This document shows positions 35,031 to 42,991 of a stretch of DNA of 64,000 nt, piece after piece; positions within the stretch are counted from its first letter, which is position 1, and every line of letters begins with the position of its first letter. The notes under the pieces are model-generated. The model searched no databases. It worked only from the letters and a program-made list of their open reading frames with translations, and had not been told where the DNA came from. The position numbers and the translations under genes are program-made. Source of the stretch: Planctomycetota bacterium (GTDB lineage: Bacteria; Planctomycetota; UBA11346). The stretch covers positions 29,002 through 93,001 of the forward strand of contig PLEW01000138.1 in NCBI GenBank assembly GCA_003136555.1. Reading direction: 5' to 3'.

Positions 35031-36017
35031 ATGGCTGGCCTACGCCTAGTGACATGGACGATCTCGCAGGCGCTGCTCGCGCCGCTGCTGGGTGCCTCGC
35101 TTGGCTGCGCGGAGCAGCCGGCCGGGGAGCTGCCGATCCGGCTGCGCAGCGACCAGCAGCTGCCGCTCTGGCTCGCGGACACGCCGGTGATGGAGCGCCT
35201 CAGCGACGGCGCCCGCATCGAGATGCACCCGGGCGAGGCGCTCACCGACCTGGCTCCGGGCGCCTACCGCTGCGCCGGGCGCACGGTGCTGGTGCGCAGC
35301 GACGACAGCGCTGCCGGCCACGCGCTCAGCGTGGTGGGATTGCCGATCCTCGAGCTCGAACTGGGGAGCGCCGAGCAGCAGGCCGCCGACGCCGGTCGCG
35401 GCTTCAACGAGTTCTCGCTGCCCGTCTACGCCTGGCGCATGGCCGACGGCTGGCCTTGGCCATGGGTCACCCAGGGCTCCTACTGGGGTGGTCTGGCAGG
35501 CATCTGCTGGCGCATCACCGTGGACGGCAAGCCGTACGCCTACGACCGCGCCCTCGGCGCCTATGCCCGCGCCGATCATACCGCCATCCCCATCTCGACG
35601 GAACCGCCGTCGCGCACTCTCCAGGCCGTCCGCCGCGGCGATCTGATCGCCGCGCACGGCGTCACCGGCATCCTGGTCGGCGATGCCGGTGTCCCCGGCG
35701 TACTCGATCCGGCTGATGAGCTCGTCACCGCCTGCGTGGTGGCCGGGCAGCCGGCACGCGTCCGCCTGGTGCGCCTGGGCGATCTGGTGGGTCAGCAGCC
35801 CATCGATCTGTTCACCCGCGACCGGCCGCGGGGCGAGAGCCGGCTGAAGCCGCCCCCTGACCCCGACAACCCGTTGCATCAGATGTCGCTGAAGCGGCAG
35901 ATGGTGGCCCTGGGGGGGATGTTCGCCCTGTGCGCGATCCTGATGCTGCGCTACCGCCGGCTGCGCCATCAGGGCGGCCGCAAGGTCACCATCGACCCGT
36001 TCCGGCCGAAGCGCTGA
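35031..36017 (+). CDS. Putative lipoprotein with C-terminal transmembrane anchor, function unknown
   Basis: N-terminus ..LLAPLLGASLGC (lipobox-like). Very high GC3. C-terminal hydrophobic helix MVALGGMFALCAILML followed by RYRRLRH. Confidence 0.75.
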   Translation: MAGLRLVTWTISQALLAPLLGASLGCAEQPAGELPIRLRSDQQLPLWLADTPVMERLSDGARIEMHPGEALTDLAPGAYRCAGRTVLVRSDDSAAGHALSVVGLPILELELGSAEQQAADAGRGFNEFSLPVYAWRMADGWPWPWVTQGSYWGGLAGICWRITVDGKPYAYDRALGAYARADHTAIPISTEPPSRTLQAVRRGDLIAAHGVTGILVGDAGVPGVLDPADELVTACVVAGQPARVRLVRLGDLVGQQPIDLFTRDRPRGESRLKPPPDPDNPLHQMSLKRQMVALGGMFALCAILMLRYRRLRHQGGRKVTIDPFRPKR

Positions 36018-36034
36018 GCGTCTGGACAGCGGAC

Positions 36035-36814
36035 TTAGGGCGAGATGCCGGGCACGAACTCGGTCTCCCAGGTGGGCACCGAATCGAAGATGCTGAGGTC
36101 CCAGCTGACGTTCTTGACCTTCTTGGTCGAGGTTTTGTTCAGGTAGTTCCACTTGACGTGGAAGAAGCAGCGGATGATGGGGAACTTGCTGGGCGGGAAG
36201 GCGCCGGAATAGCCGGAGCCGTCGCTGGCGGCGAGCCCGAACAGCAGTTCGTTGTGCTTGCCCATCCAGCAGGTCGGGGTGTTGGTGAGGGAGAACTGAG
36301 CGGCATCGGCGGCATCGTAGAACCAGTTGATCGGCATGGTGGTCGGCAGCCCGAGGGGGTAGCCGCTGGCCTCGAAGCAATAGCTCGATCCGGCCTGTGC
36401 GCCGTTCATCGGTCCGGCATCGTACATGCCCGAGAGGTTGTTCGTGCTGTCCAGGATGCCGCGTCCCATATGGGGGTCCTGGCCCCCGCCATTGGCCGTA
36501 TCGAAGGGGCAGAGGAAGACCTTCACCAACCCGGTCAACGGCCCACCGGAATGGACCAGATCGTTGGTGCTGTTGACGGTGGTCGTGCTGGTGGCGCTGG
36601 AATCGCCGATCATATGATCGGGGAAAGCGTCGGTGTTGTCGCTCTTGTAGACCTCGATGGCGCCGGCGATCTGCTGCAGGTTGTTGCCGCATTTGACCTG
36701 GCTGACCAGTTGGCGGACCAGGCCGATGACCGGGACCAGCAGTCCCGCGAGCACGGCGATCACCGAGATCACCACCAGGAGCTCGAGAAGCGTGAATGCG
36801 CTGCGTCGGGCCAT
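36035..36814 (-). CDS. Prepilin-type N-terminal cleavage/methylation domain protein (PVC-type pseudopilin-like)
   Basis: MARRSAFTLLELLVVISVIAVLAGLLVP class III signal. The remainder is Gly/Ser/aromatic-rich. Alternative start at 36832. Confidence 0.8.
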   Translation of the reverse strand: MARRSAFTLLELLVVISVIAVLAGLLVPVIGLVRQLVSQVKCGNNLQQIAGAIEVYKSDNTDAFPDHMIGDSSATSTTTVNSTNDLVHSGGPLTGLVKVFLCPFDTANGGGQDPHMGRGILDSTNNLSGMYDAGPMNGAQAGSSYCFEASGYPLGLPTTMPINWFYDAADAAQFSLTNTPTCWMGKHNELLFGLAASDGSGYSGAFPPSKFPIIRCFFHVKWNYLNKTSTKKVKNVSWDLSIFDSVPTWETEFVPGISP

Positions 36815-36997
36815 GGAGCTGCTACCCTGCATGTAGGTCCATGTTGATCCCTGGTGAGGGCTTACAATCCCCGACTGGCGCAGCCTGGGCGCCTCCTGCG
36901 CCTCCTGCCGCCGCGGTCGGGGCTGCTGGGCGATGGTCAGCGTGAGCGGGTGGACCATGGTCTTGCGGGACGCGGGATATCGACCAGCCTGTCCGAC

Positions 36998-37597
36998 ATG
37001 TCAACGCCTGTGTCGATCCCTGCGCCAGATACCCTCCAGGCAGGTCTTAAGGAGTGGGACTGGTGCTGCCAGGCGCTTCTGCAAGGGCGCCTAGTGGTGG
37101 TCGTGCGCAAGGGCGGCATCCATGAGCGCAAGGGGGGTCTCTTCTCCCTCGATCATCAGCGTTTCGCCTTGCTGCCAACCCACTTGCATCAGCGTTCCGA
37201 TCGGCTCACCGCCGCCGCCGCGGGCCAGGTGGCGGCTGCGAGTCCCGCTCCTGAGCCGGGCCTGCTGAGCATCGCCTGCTGGGCGGAGGTGGTGCAGGTG
37301 TGGAAGGTCACCGAACTGGCGCGGCTCCTGGCCCTGGGAGAGGAACTCATCTGGAGCCACGAGGAACTGGCCGCCCGCTTCCATTATCGCAGCCAGCCCT
37401 GGCTCTTCCTGGTCGCCCTGCGCGTCCTGCGCCTGCCAACCGTCCAGCGGCTGCCGGACTTGCCCCGCTATGCCGGCTGCGTCAGCTGGGTCGAGCTCGA
37501 ACAGCCTATCACCTGCTCCGCGTCCCAGGCAGTCCTGGACGACGAGCGGCTGGCCCGGCGCGTCGCGGGCATCGCCGATGTGCTCTCCAGACCCTGA
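36998..37597 (+). CDS. DUF1802-like protein
   Basis: From ATG 36998: ..GLKEWDWCCQALLQGRLVVVVRKGGIHERKGGLF..HQRFALLPTHLHQ resembles the DUF1802 N-terminal signature as I recall it. Confidence 0.6.
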   Translation: MSTPVSIPAPDTLQAGLKEWDWCCQALLQGRLVVVVRKGGIHERKGGLFSLDHQRFALLPTHLHQRSDRLTAAAAGQVAAASPAPEPGLLSIACWAEVVQVWKVTELARLLALGEELIWSHEELAARFHYRSQPWLFLVALRVLRLPTVQRLPDLPRYAGCVSWVELEQPITCSASQAVLDDERLARRVAGIADVLSRP

Positions 37598-37627
37598 CCG
37601 CCCCCCGTACAGGATCGTTCACCCGCC

Positions 37628-38491
37628 ATGCATCACACCACCGCAACGCTGCTGGTCAGCTGCCGCGATCGCACCGGCCTGGTCGCCGCGCTCTCGGATT
37701 TCGTCTTCCGCCACGGCGGCAACATCATCGATGCCGACCAGCACGCCGAGAGTGGAGCGGACAACGGCCAGTTCTTCATGCGCCTGCGCTTCGACATCGG
37801 CGGCTTCACCCTCGATCGCGCAGGGATCGCCGCATCGCTGGGCGCGCTCGCGCGCAAGTTCGAGCTCAACCACCAGATCTCGTACAGCGACAAGCGGCAG
37901 CGCGTGGTGATCTTCGTCTCCAAGACGCCGCATTGCCTCTATGACCTGCTGCTGCGCCAGCAGCTGGGCGAACTGGGCGGGGACATCATCGCCGTGGTGT
38001 CAAACCACCGCGAGCTGCAGACGGTGGCGGGGCATTTCGGCCTGCCTTTCCACTACATCCCGGTCGGGGCAGCGGGGAAGGACGAGGCTGAACAGCAGCA
38101 GCTGGACCTGCTCGCGTCCCTGGATGCGGACCTGGTGGTCCTGGCCCGCTACATGCAGGTCCTCTCGCCGCGCTTCCTCGAGCAGTGGCACAGCCGCGTG
38201 ATCAACATCCACCACTCCTTCCTCCCGGCATTCGTCGGTGCCAAGCCCTACCACCAGGCCAAGGAACGGGGGGTGAAGATCATCGGGGCGACCGCCCATT
38301 ACGTCACCCCGCAGCTCGACCAGGGCCCGATCATCGAGCAGGACGTCATCCGCGTCAGCCATCGCGACGAGGTCGAGGATCTGGTGCGCAAGGGACGCGA
38401 CCTTGAGCGCCAGGTCCTCAGCCGAGCCGTGCATGCCCATCTGGATCGGCGCGTGCTGATCTCGGGCACGCGCACCATCGTCTTCACCTGA
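37628..38491 (+). CDS. purU: Formyltetrahydrofolate deformylase
   Basis: N-terminal ACT domain (LLVSCRDRTGLVAALSDFV). Formyltransferase core (NIHHSFLPAFVGAKPYHQA, ATAHYVT..LDQGPII). Confidence 0.95.
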   Translation: MHHTTATLLVSCRDRTGLVAALSDFVFRHGGNIIDADQHAESGADNGQFFMRLRFDIGGFTLDRAGIAASLGALARKFELNHQISYSDKRQRVVIFVSKTPHCLYDLLLRQQLGELGGDIIAVVSNHRELQTVAGHFGLPFHYIPVGAAGKDEAEQQQLDLLASLDADLVVLARYMQVLSPRFLEQWHSRVINIHHSFLPAFVGAKPYHQAKERGVKIIGATAHYVTPQLDQGPIIEQDVIRVSHRDEVEDLVRKGRDLERQVLSRAVHAHLDRRVLISGTRTIVFT

Positions 38492-38506
38492 GCCCGCGCT
38501 TCGCCA

Positions 38507-39265
38507 TCACCGCGGCGCTGGCAGGAAGCGCACCTCCGCCGACAGGCGCTTCATCTCCACTTGGCCGCTGCTGCCCATCTCCTGGTCGAGGGCCTCGATC
38601 CGGCCTCGCAGCAGATCGATGCGCTCCTCGCGATCCTTGGCACCCAGGGTGGAATGATCGCCCTCGAGGCGCACGAGGTCGGTGCGCATGACGGCGACAT
38701 CAGCCTTGGTCACGATCTGGGCGCCGCTTGCGCCGATCAAGCCGAAGACCGCGAAGGCGCCGTCCTGTCCGTGAAGATGGTGGGGCGCCGCCCCATGGAT
38801 CTGCTGGCAGTGGAAGTAGCGGATTTCGGGCGGCTGGTGCGAGAGGAGCTCATTGGGGGTGGTCGATCCCAGCCCCTGATCATCATACCAGTACTCCAGT
38901 CCGCTGGCCGGGCATACGCTCAACTCGTTGCCGCGCAGGCGTTCCGCGTACTGCTCTGGCGTCTCGTCCCGATGCGGCTGGGAGGGGATGTTGCCGCCCA
39001 GGTAGTTCCACAAGACCAGGCCGGCGGACCCGGTGCGTCCCGGCAGCCAGAGATCGCCCGGCTGGGGGTTGACGATGCTGGGGAAGGACCGATGGCCGTG
39101 ATCCTCCACCCAGGCATTGATCGCACCGCCGAGCCTGAAGAGGCGGAAGCGGCAGCGTTCATTCACCGCACTCGGCCTGGCGATCAGCGCCAGGGCCGTG
39201 ATGGCGATGGCCAGGACGATGGCCACCGCGACCAGCAGGGCGGTTTGGGAGATGCCGCGTTCCAT
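38507..39265 (-). CDS. Membrane-anchored hypothetical protein
   Basis: N-terminal hydrophobic helix ALLVAVAIVLAIAITALALI. C-terminal coiled-coil-like tail. Good GC3. Confidence 0.65.
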   Translation of the reverse strand: MERGISQTALLVAVAIVLAIAITALALIARPSAVNERCRFRLFRLGGAINAWVEDHGHRSFPSIVNPQPGDLWLPGRTGSAGLVLWNYLGGNIPSQPHRDETPEQYAERLRGNELSVCPASGLEYWYDDQGLGSTTPNELLSHQPPEIRYFHCQQIHGAAPHHLHGQDGAFAVFGLIGASGAQIVTKADVAVMRTDLVRLEGDHSTLGAKDREERIDLLRGRIEALDQEMGSSGQVEMKRLSAEVRFLPAPR

Positions 39266-39346
39266 GCAGCGAGTCTAGCCCGGCTTCCGGCCCCTGTCAC
39301 CGGGAAACGCTTGTGCGACGGGCGAGAATGCGAGCCTGTGACTACG

Positions 39347-40891
39347 ATGACACTGGCCAAGCGCGTGATGACGGTGAGCGGCTGGACCTTCCTCAGCCGC
39401 GTGCTCGGCCTGGTGCGGGATCGCCTGTGGGCAGGTGCGCTGGGCGGCTCGCTGGTGCTCGACTGCTTCCTGATGGCCTTTGCCCTGCCCAATCTGCTGC
39501 GCAACCTCTTCGGCGAAGGGGCCCTCGCCGCGGCATTCGTGCCACGCTATGTGCAGGCCCGCGACCGGGATGCCGCCTCGGCGGAGTACTTCGCCGGCAC
39601 CGTCCTCACCCGCCTGGCGCTCTTCCTCAGCGCCGTCTCGGCCGCCGGCATGGTGCTCGCAGGCGGAGTCTACTGGTATGCCATCGCCTGGCTCCCCGAC
39701 TGGCAGCGCCTGTCGCTGGTCGCCCTGCTGTCGATACCGCAGATACCCTATCTGCTGTTCATCTGCGTGGCGGCAATCATGGCGGGCGTGCTCAATGGCC
39801 GGCGCCGCTTCGCCGCTGCGGCGGCGGCTCCGGTCATCCTCAACCTGATCCTCATCAGCACCGCCTGCCTTGGACCCGAGCGGGAGGGCCGCCTGCTGCC
39901 CTATGCCGTCCTGCTCGCAGGCATGGTCCAGGTGGCGATGCTGGTGGCGGCCCTGATGCGTTCCGGCGGGCTGCCGCCCTGCCAGCCCCGCGCGACCCCC
40001 GAGGAGCGCGCGATGCGCATGGCCCTGGCGCCGACGCTCATCGCCTCGGGCGTCTACCAGCTCAATGCCTATCTCGACACCATCATCGCGATGGTCTTCG
40101 TGCTCGGCGATGGGCCGGTCTCGTACCTCTACTTCGGCAACCGGCTGCTGCAGTTCCCCATGGCCCTGATCGGCCATGGCGTGACCACCGCTGCCTACCC
40201 CGAGCTCGCCAGCTCGGCCTCAGAAGGCTGGGCCGCGACTGGACGCGGCCTGAGGGAGGCGTGCCGGCTGCTGGCCTTCTGGCTGCTGCCGGCGGCCTTC
40301 GGCCTGCTGGTCACCGCCGAACCGGTGGTGCGCACCATCTACCAGACCGGTCGCTTCACCGATGAGGCGGTAGCGCGCACCGTCCTGGTGACCCAGATGC
40401 TCGCCCTTGCCCTGGTGCCGATCTCCCTGGCAAAGCTGCTGATGCGCGCCTTCCATGCCCGCCTCGACCAGCGCACGCCGATGCGCATCTCGCTCGCGAT
40501 GGTGGGGCTGAACCTGGTGCTCAACCTGATCCTGGTGCAGACCAGCCTGCGCGAAGCGGGCCTGGCCCTGGCCACAGCGATCTCGAGCGCCGGCGGTTGC
40601 ATCGCCTATCTGGTCCTGCTGCACCGCCGCGGCGCCGGGATGGTCATCGAGCCGGCCTCCCTCATCCGCCCGATCCTGGCAGCGCTGGCGATGAGCGTCG
40701 CGGTATCGGCCCTGCTGCGCTGGTGGCCCCAGCCGCAGGGAACCGGTTCCGGCCATGCGGCCATGCGCCTCGCCGCCGCCGTCATCGTGGGCATGGCGAT
40801 CTACCTGCTGATCAGCGGGACTGGGTGGCTTCGTCGGCGTCGGAACGCCAGCGCAGCCGCCGCAGCCACCGTCGCGGCACCGGACAGCTGA
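39347..40891 (+). CDS. murJ: Lipid II flippase MurJ (MviN)
   Basis: From ATG 39347: TFLSRVLGLVRDRLWAGALG..AFALPNLLRNLFGEGALAAAFVP, the canonical MurJ N-terminus. About 14 predicted helices. The upstream 262 codons of the ORF-track entry are antisense to 38507..39265. Confidence 0.92.
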   Translation: MTLAKRVMTVSGWTFLSRVLGLVRDRLWAGALGGSLVLDCFLMAFALPNLLRNLFGEGALAAAFVPRYVQARDRDAASAEYFAGTVLTRLALFLSAVSAAGMVLAGGVYWYAIAWLPDWQRLSLVALLSIPQIPYLLFICVAAIMAGVLNGRRRFAAAAAAPVILNLILISTACLGPEREGRLLPYAVLLAGMVQVAMLVAALMRSGGLPPCQPRATPEERAMRMALAPTLIASGVYQLNAYLDTIIAMVFVLGDGPVSYLYFGNRLLQFPMALIGHGVTTAAYPELASSASEGWAATGRGLREACRLLAFWLLPAAFGLLVTAEPVVRTIYQTGRFTDEAVARTVLVTQMLALALVPISLAKLLMRAFHARLDQRTPMRISLAMVGLNLVLNLILVQTSLREAGLALATAISSAGGCIAYLVLLHRRGAGMVIEPASLIRPILAALAMSVAVSALLRWWPQPQGTGSGHAAMRLAAAVIVGMAIYLLISGTGWLRRRRNASAAAAATVAAPDS

Positions 40892-40931
40892 GGGCCCATC
40901 GGCTGCCCGCCGATGCCAGCACCTGGTGGAG

Positions 40932-41522
40932 CTACCCCGGCAGCGGCGGCATCAGGCCGGCGCGTTGGGGCGCCAGGCTGAACTGCGCAATCCAGCTGCG
41001 GCCGTAGAAGCGGCGCTCGCCCTCGCGCAGGCGCGCGGGCAGATGCGGCAGCTCGCAGCCCCGCTCGCCGCGGATGACCATCCGGCCACCGGCGCCGAGG
41101 GTCGCGGCGCTGAGGGCCATGAGCTCGCTGATGAGATCCGGCTGCTCGGCGAACCACGGGAACGGGGGGTCGAGGAACACCAGGTCCAGGCCATGCAGCC
41201 CCGGCAGGACGTTCTGGAACGGCCGCGCATGGAGGCGCAGCGCCTCAGGGCTGCCGAGGCTGCGTATGTTCGCCTGGAGGATGCTGATGGCGTGGCGGGA
41301 GGATTCCACCAGGTGGACCAGGCGAGCGCCACGGCTGAGCGTCTCGCAGCCGAAGGAACCCGAGCCAGCGCAGACATCGGCGACCGACCAGCCGGTGCAC
41401 TCCTGTCCGAGCCAATCGAAGAGCGACTGCTTGATGCGATCCGGCAGGGGGCGCGTCTCCAGCCCGGGTGGCGCCAGCAGGCGCCGGCCGCGCAGGGTGC
41501 CGCCGATGATCCGCAATGTCAT
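40932..41522 (-). CDS. rsmD: 16S rRNA (guanine966-N2)-methyltransferase
   Basis: RIIGGTLRGRRL..TRPLPDRIKQSLF, DVCAGSGSFGCE, FLDPPF. Confidence 0.88.
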   Translation of the reverse strand: MTLRIIGGTLRGRRLLAPPGLETRPLPDRIKQSLFDWLGQECTGWSVADVCAGSGSFGCETLSRGARLVHLVESSRHAISILQANIRSLGSPEALRLHARPFQNVLPGLHGLDLVFLDPPFPWFAEQPDLISELMALSAATLGAGGRMVIRGERGCELPHLPARLREGERRFYGRSWIAQFSLAPQRAGLMPPLPG

Positions 41523-41532
41523 GGGTGCCACC

Positions 41533-42909
41533 TCACCAGGGCCGCCCGCCGCCTGGATACAGGCGCGCGAGATCCCGCCAGAAGTGCGGATAGGTCTTGG
41601 CCGTGCAGGCCGGATCGGCGATGGTGACGCCGCCGGCGATGGCGCCGAGGATGGCGAAGCTCATCGCCATGCGGTGATCGTGGTAGCACTCGACGGTCGC
41701 CGGCCGCAGCGGGCGCGGGGTGATGGTCAGCCAGTCCTCGCCATGCTCGACCGCCTGGCCGAGACGCCGCAGTTCGGTCACCGTCGCTGCCAGGCGGTCG
41801 GTCTCCTTGATGCGGATGTTGGCGATATTGCGGATGGTGGTCGGGCCCTCGCACAGCGGGGCGATCGCCGCCAGGGTCATGACGGTGTCGCTGATGTGGT
41901 GCATGTCGACCTCGATGCCGCGCAGGCGCCGCGGCCCGCTCACCGTGGTCGACGTGCCGTTGCCGCTCCCAGCTCGGCTGTCGGCGCCCGAGACCGCCGC
42001 CCCCATCGAGCGCAGGACTTCGACGAAGGCGAAATCGCCCTGCAACCCACCCGGTGAAAGCCCGGGCACGGTGATGGTCGAGCCGCTCGCGGCCGCGAGG
42101 GCGAAGGGATAGCTGGCCGAGGAGGCATCCGGCTCGATCTCATAGCTGGGCATGACGCTGGCGTCGGCGCGCCCGGCGATGCCATAGCGGCGCCGACCAT
42201 GCACATGGAAGCCGGTGGCGGTGCTGTCGATGCGTCCGCCGAACTGCTCGACCATGGAGATGGTCATGTCGATGTAGGGCCGGCTGACCAGGTCGCCGGC
42301 GATGGTGATGTCCAGGTCGGCAGCGAACATCCCGGCTGCCATCAGCAGGGCGGTGAAGTACTGGCTCGAGCGCTCCCCGGGCATGGTGACCCGGGTGCTG
42401 GTGATCTGCCCACTGCGCACGGTGATGGGCGGACAGCCGCTCGGGCAGTCGACCACGATGCCGAGCTGGCGCAGGCCATCGACGAGGTCCATGATCGGGC
42501 GCTTGGCCATCGCGCCATCGCCGACGAAGGTGACCTGACCCGGCACCAGCGCGGCGAAGGCGGCGAGGAAGCGCACGGTGGTGCCGCTGTTGCCGACGAA
42601 CAGCGCCTGTCGTGGCGTGCGCAGCCGTGCCAGGCCGCCCAGCACGCGCACCCGTTCGCCGGCGTGCGCGTCGGCGCTCTGCGTCTCGACCGATATGCCG
42701 AGCTCGGCCAGGCATTCGCGCATGCGATGGGTGTCGTCGCTCGCCAGCACATTAACCAATTCGGTGCGCTCGCTCAGCGCGGCCAGGACCAAGGCGCGGT
42801 TGGTGATGCTTTTCGAGCCCGGCACCCGCCACTCGCCGACCACGGGGGAGGTGAGCGCGGGGATGGCCAGGGGCAGTCGCGGATCCATGTCGGGAGGATG
42901 GAAGGACAT
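41533..42909 (-). CDS. aroA: 3-phosphoshikimate 1-carboxyvinyltransferase (EPSP synthase)
   Basis: VPGSKSITNRALVLAAL, LFVGNSGTTVRFL, ..IRIKETDRLAA..DHRMAMSFA. Start is either ATG 42909 or 42888. Confidence 0.93.
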   Translation of the reverse strand: MSFHPPDMDPRLPLAIPALTSPVVGEWRVPGSKSITNRALVLAALSERTELVNVLASDDTHRMRECLAELGISVETQSADAHAGERVRVLGGLARLRTPRQALFVGNSGTTVRFLAAFAALVPGQVTFVGDGAMAKRPIMDLVDGLRQLGIVVDCPSGCPPITVRSGQITSTRVTMPGERSSQYFTALLMAAGMFAADLDITIAGDLVSRPYIDMTISMVEQFGGRIDSTATGFHVHGRRRYGIAGRADASVMPSYEIEPDASSASYPFALAAASGSTITVPGLSPGGLQGDFAFVEVLRSMGAAVSGADSRAGSGNGTSTTVSGPRRLRGIEVDMHHISDTVMTLAAIAPLCEGPTTIRNIANIRIKETDRLAATVTELRRLGQAVEHGEDWLTITPRPLRPATVECYHDHRMAMSFAILGAIAGGVTIADPACTAKTYPHFWRDLARLYPGGGRPW

Positions 42910-42991
42910 CGCCAGGGCGCAAGCCTGCCAGGCGGGTCCGCGAGGGGGTTGATACTTGTTGCATCGGGATGCCATCTACACTGCTCCGGAC

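Noticed and set aside
35046-36692. 548-aa minus-strand ORF
   Set aside because: It spans two real genes on opposite strands (lipoprotein 35031..36017 and pseudopilin 36035..36814). Its Arg/Gln/His-rich sequence has no motifs.
38561-39346. N-terminal 262-codon extension of the murJ ORF
   Set aside because: It is antisense to the membrane-protein gene 38507..39265. The canonical MurJ N-terminus starts at ATG 39347.
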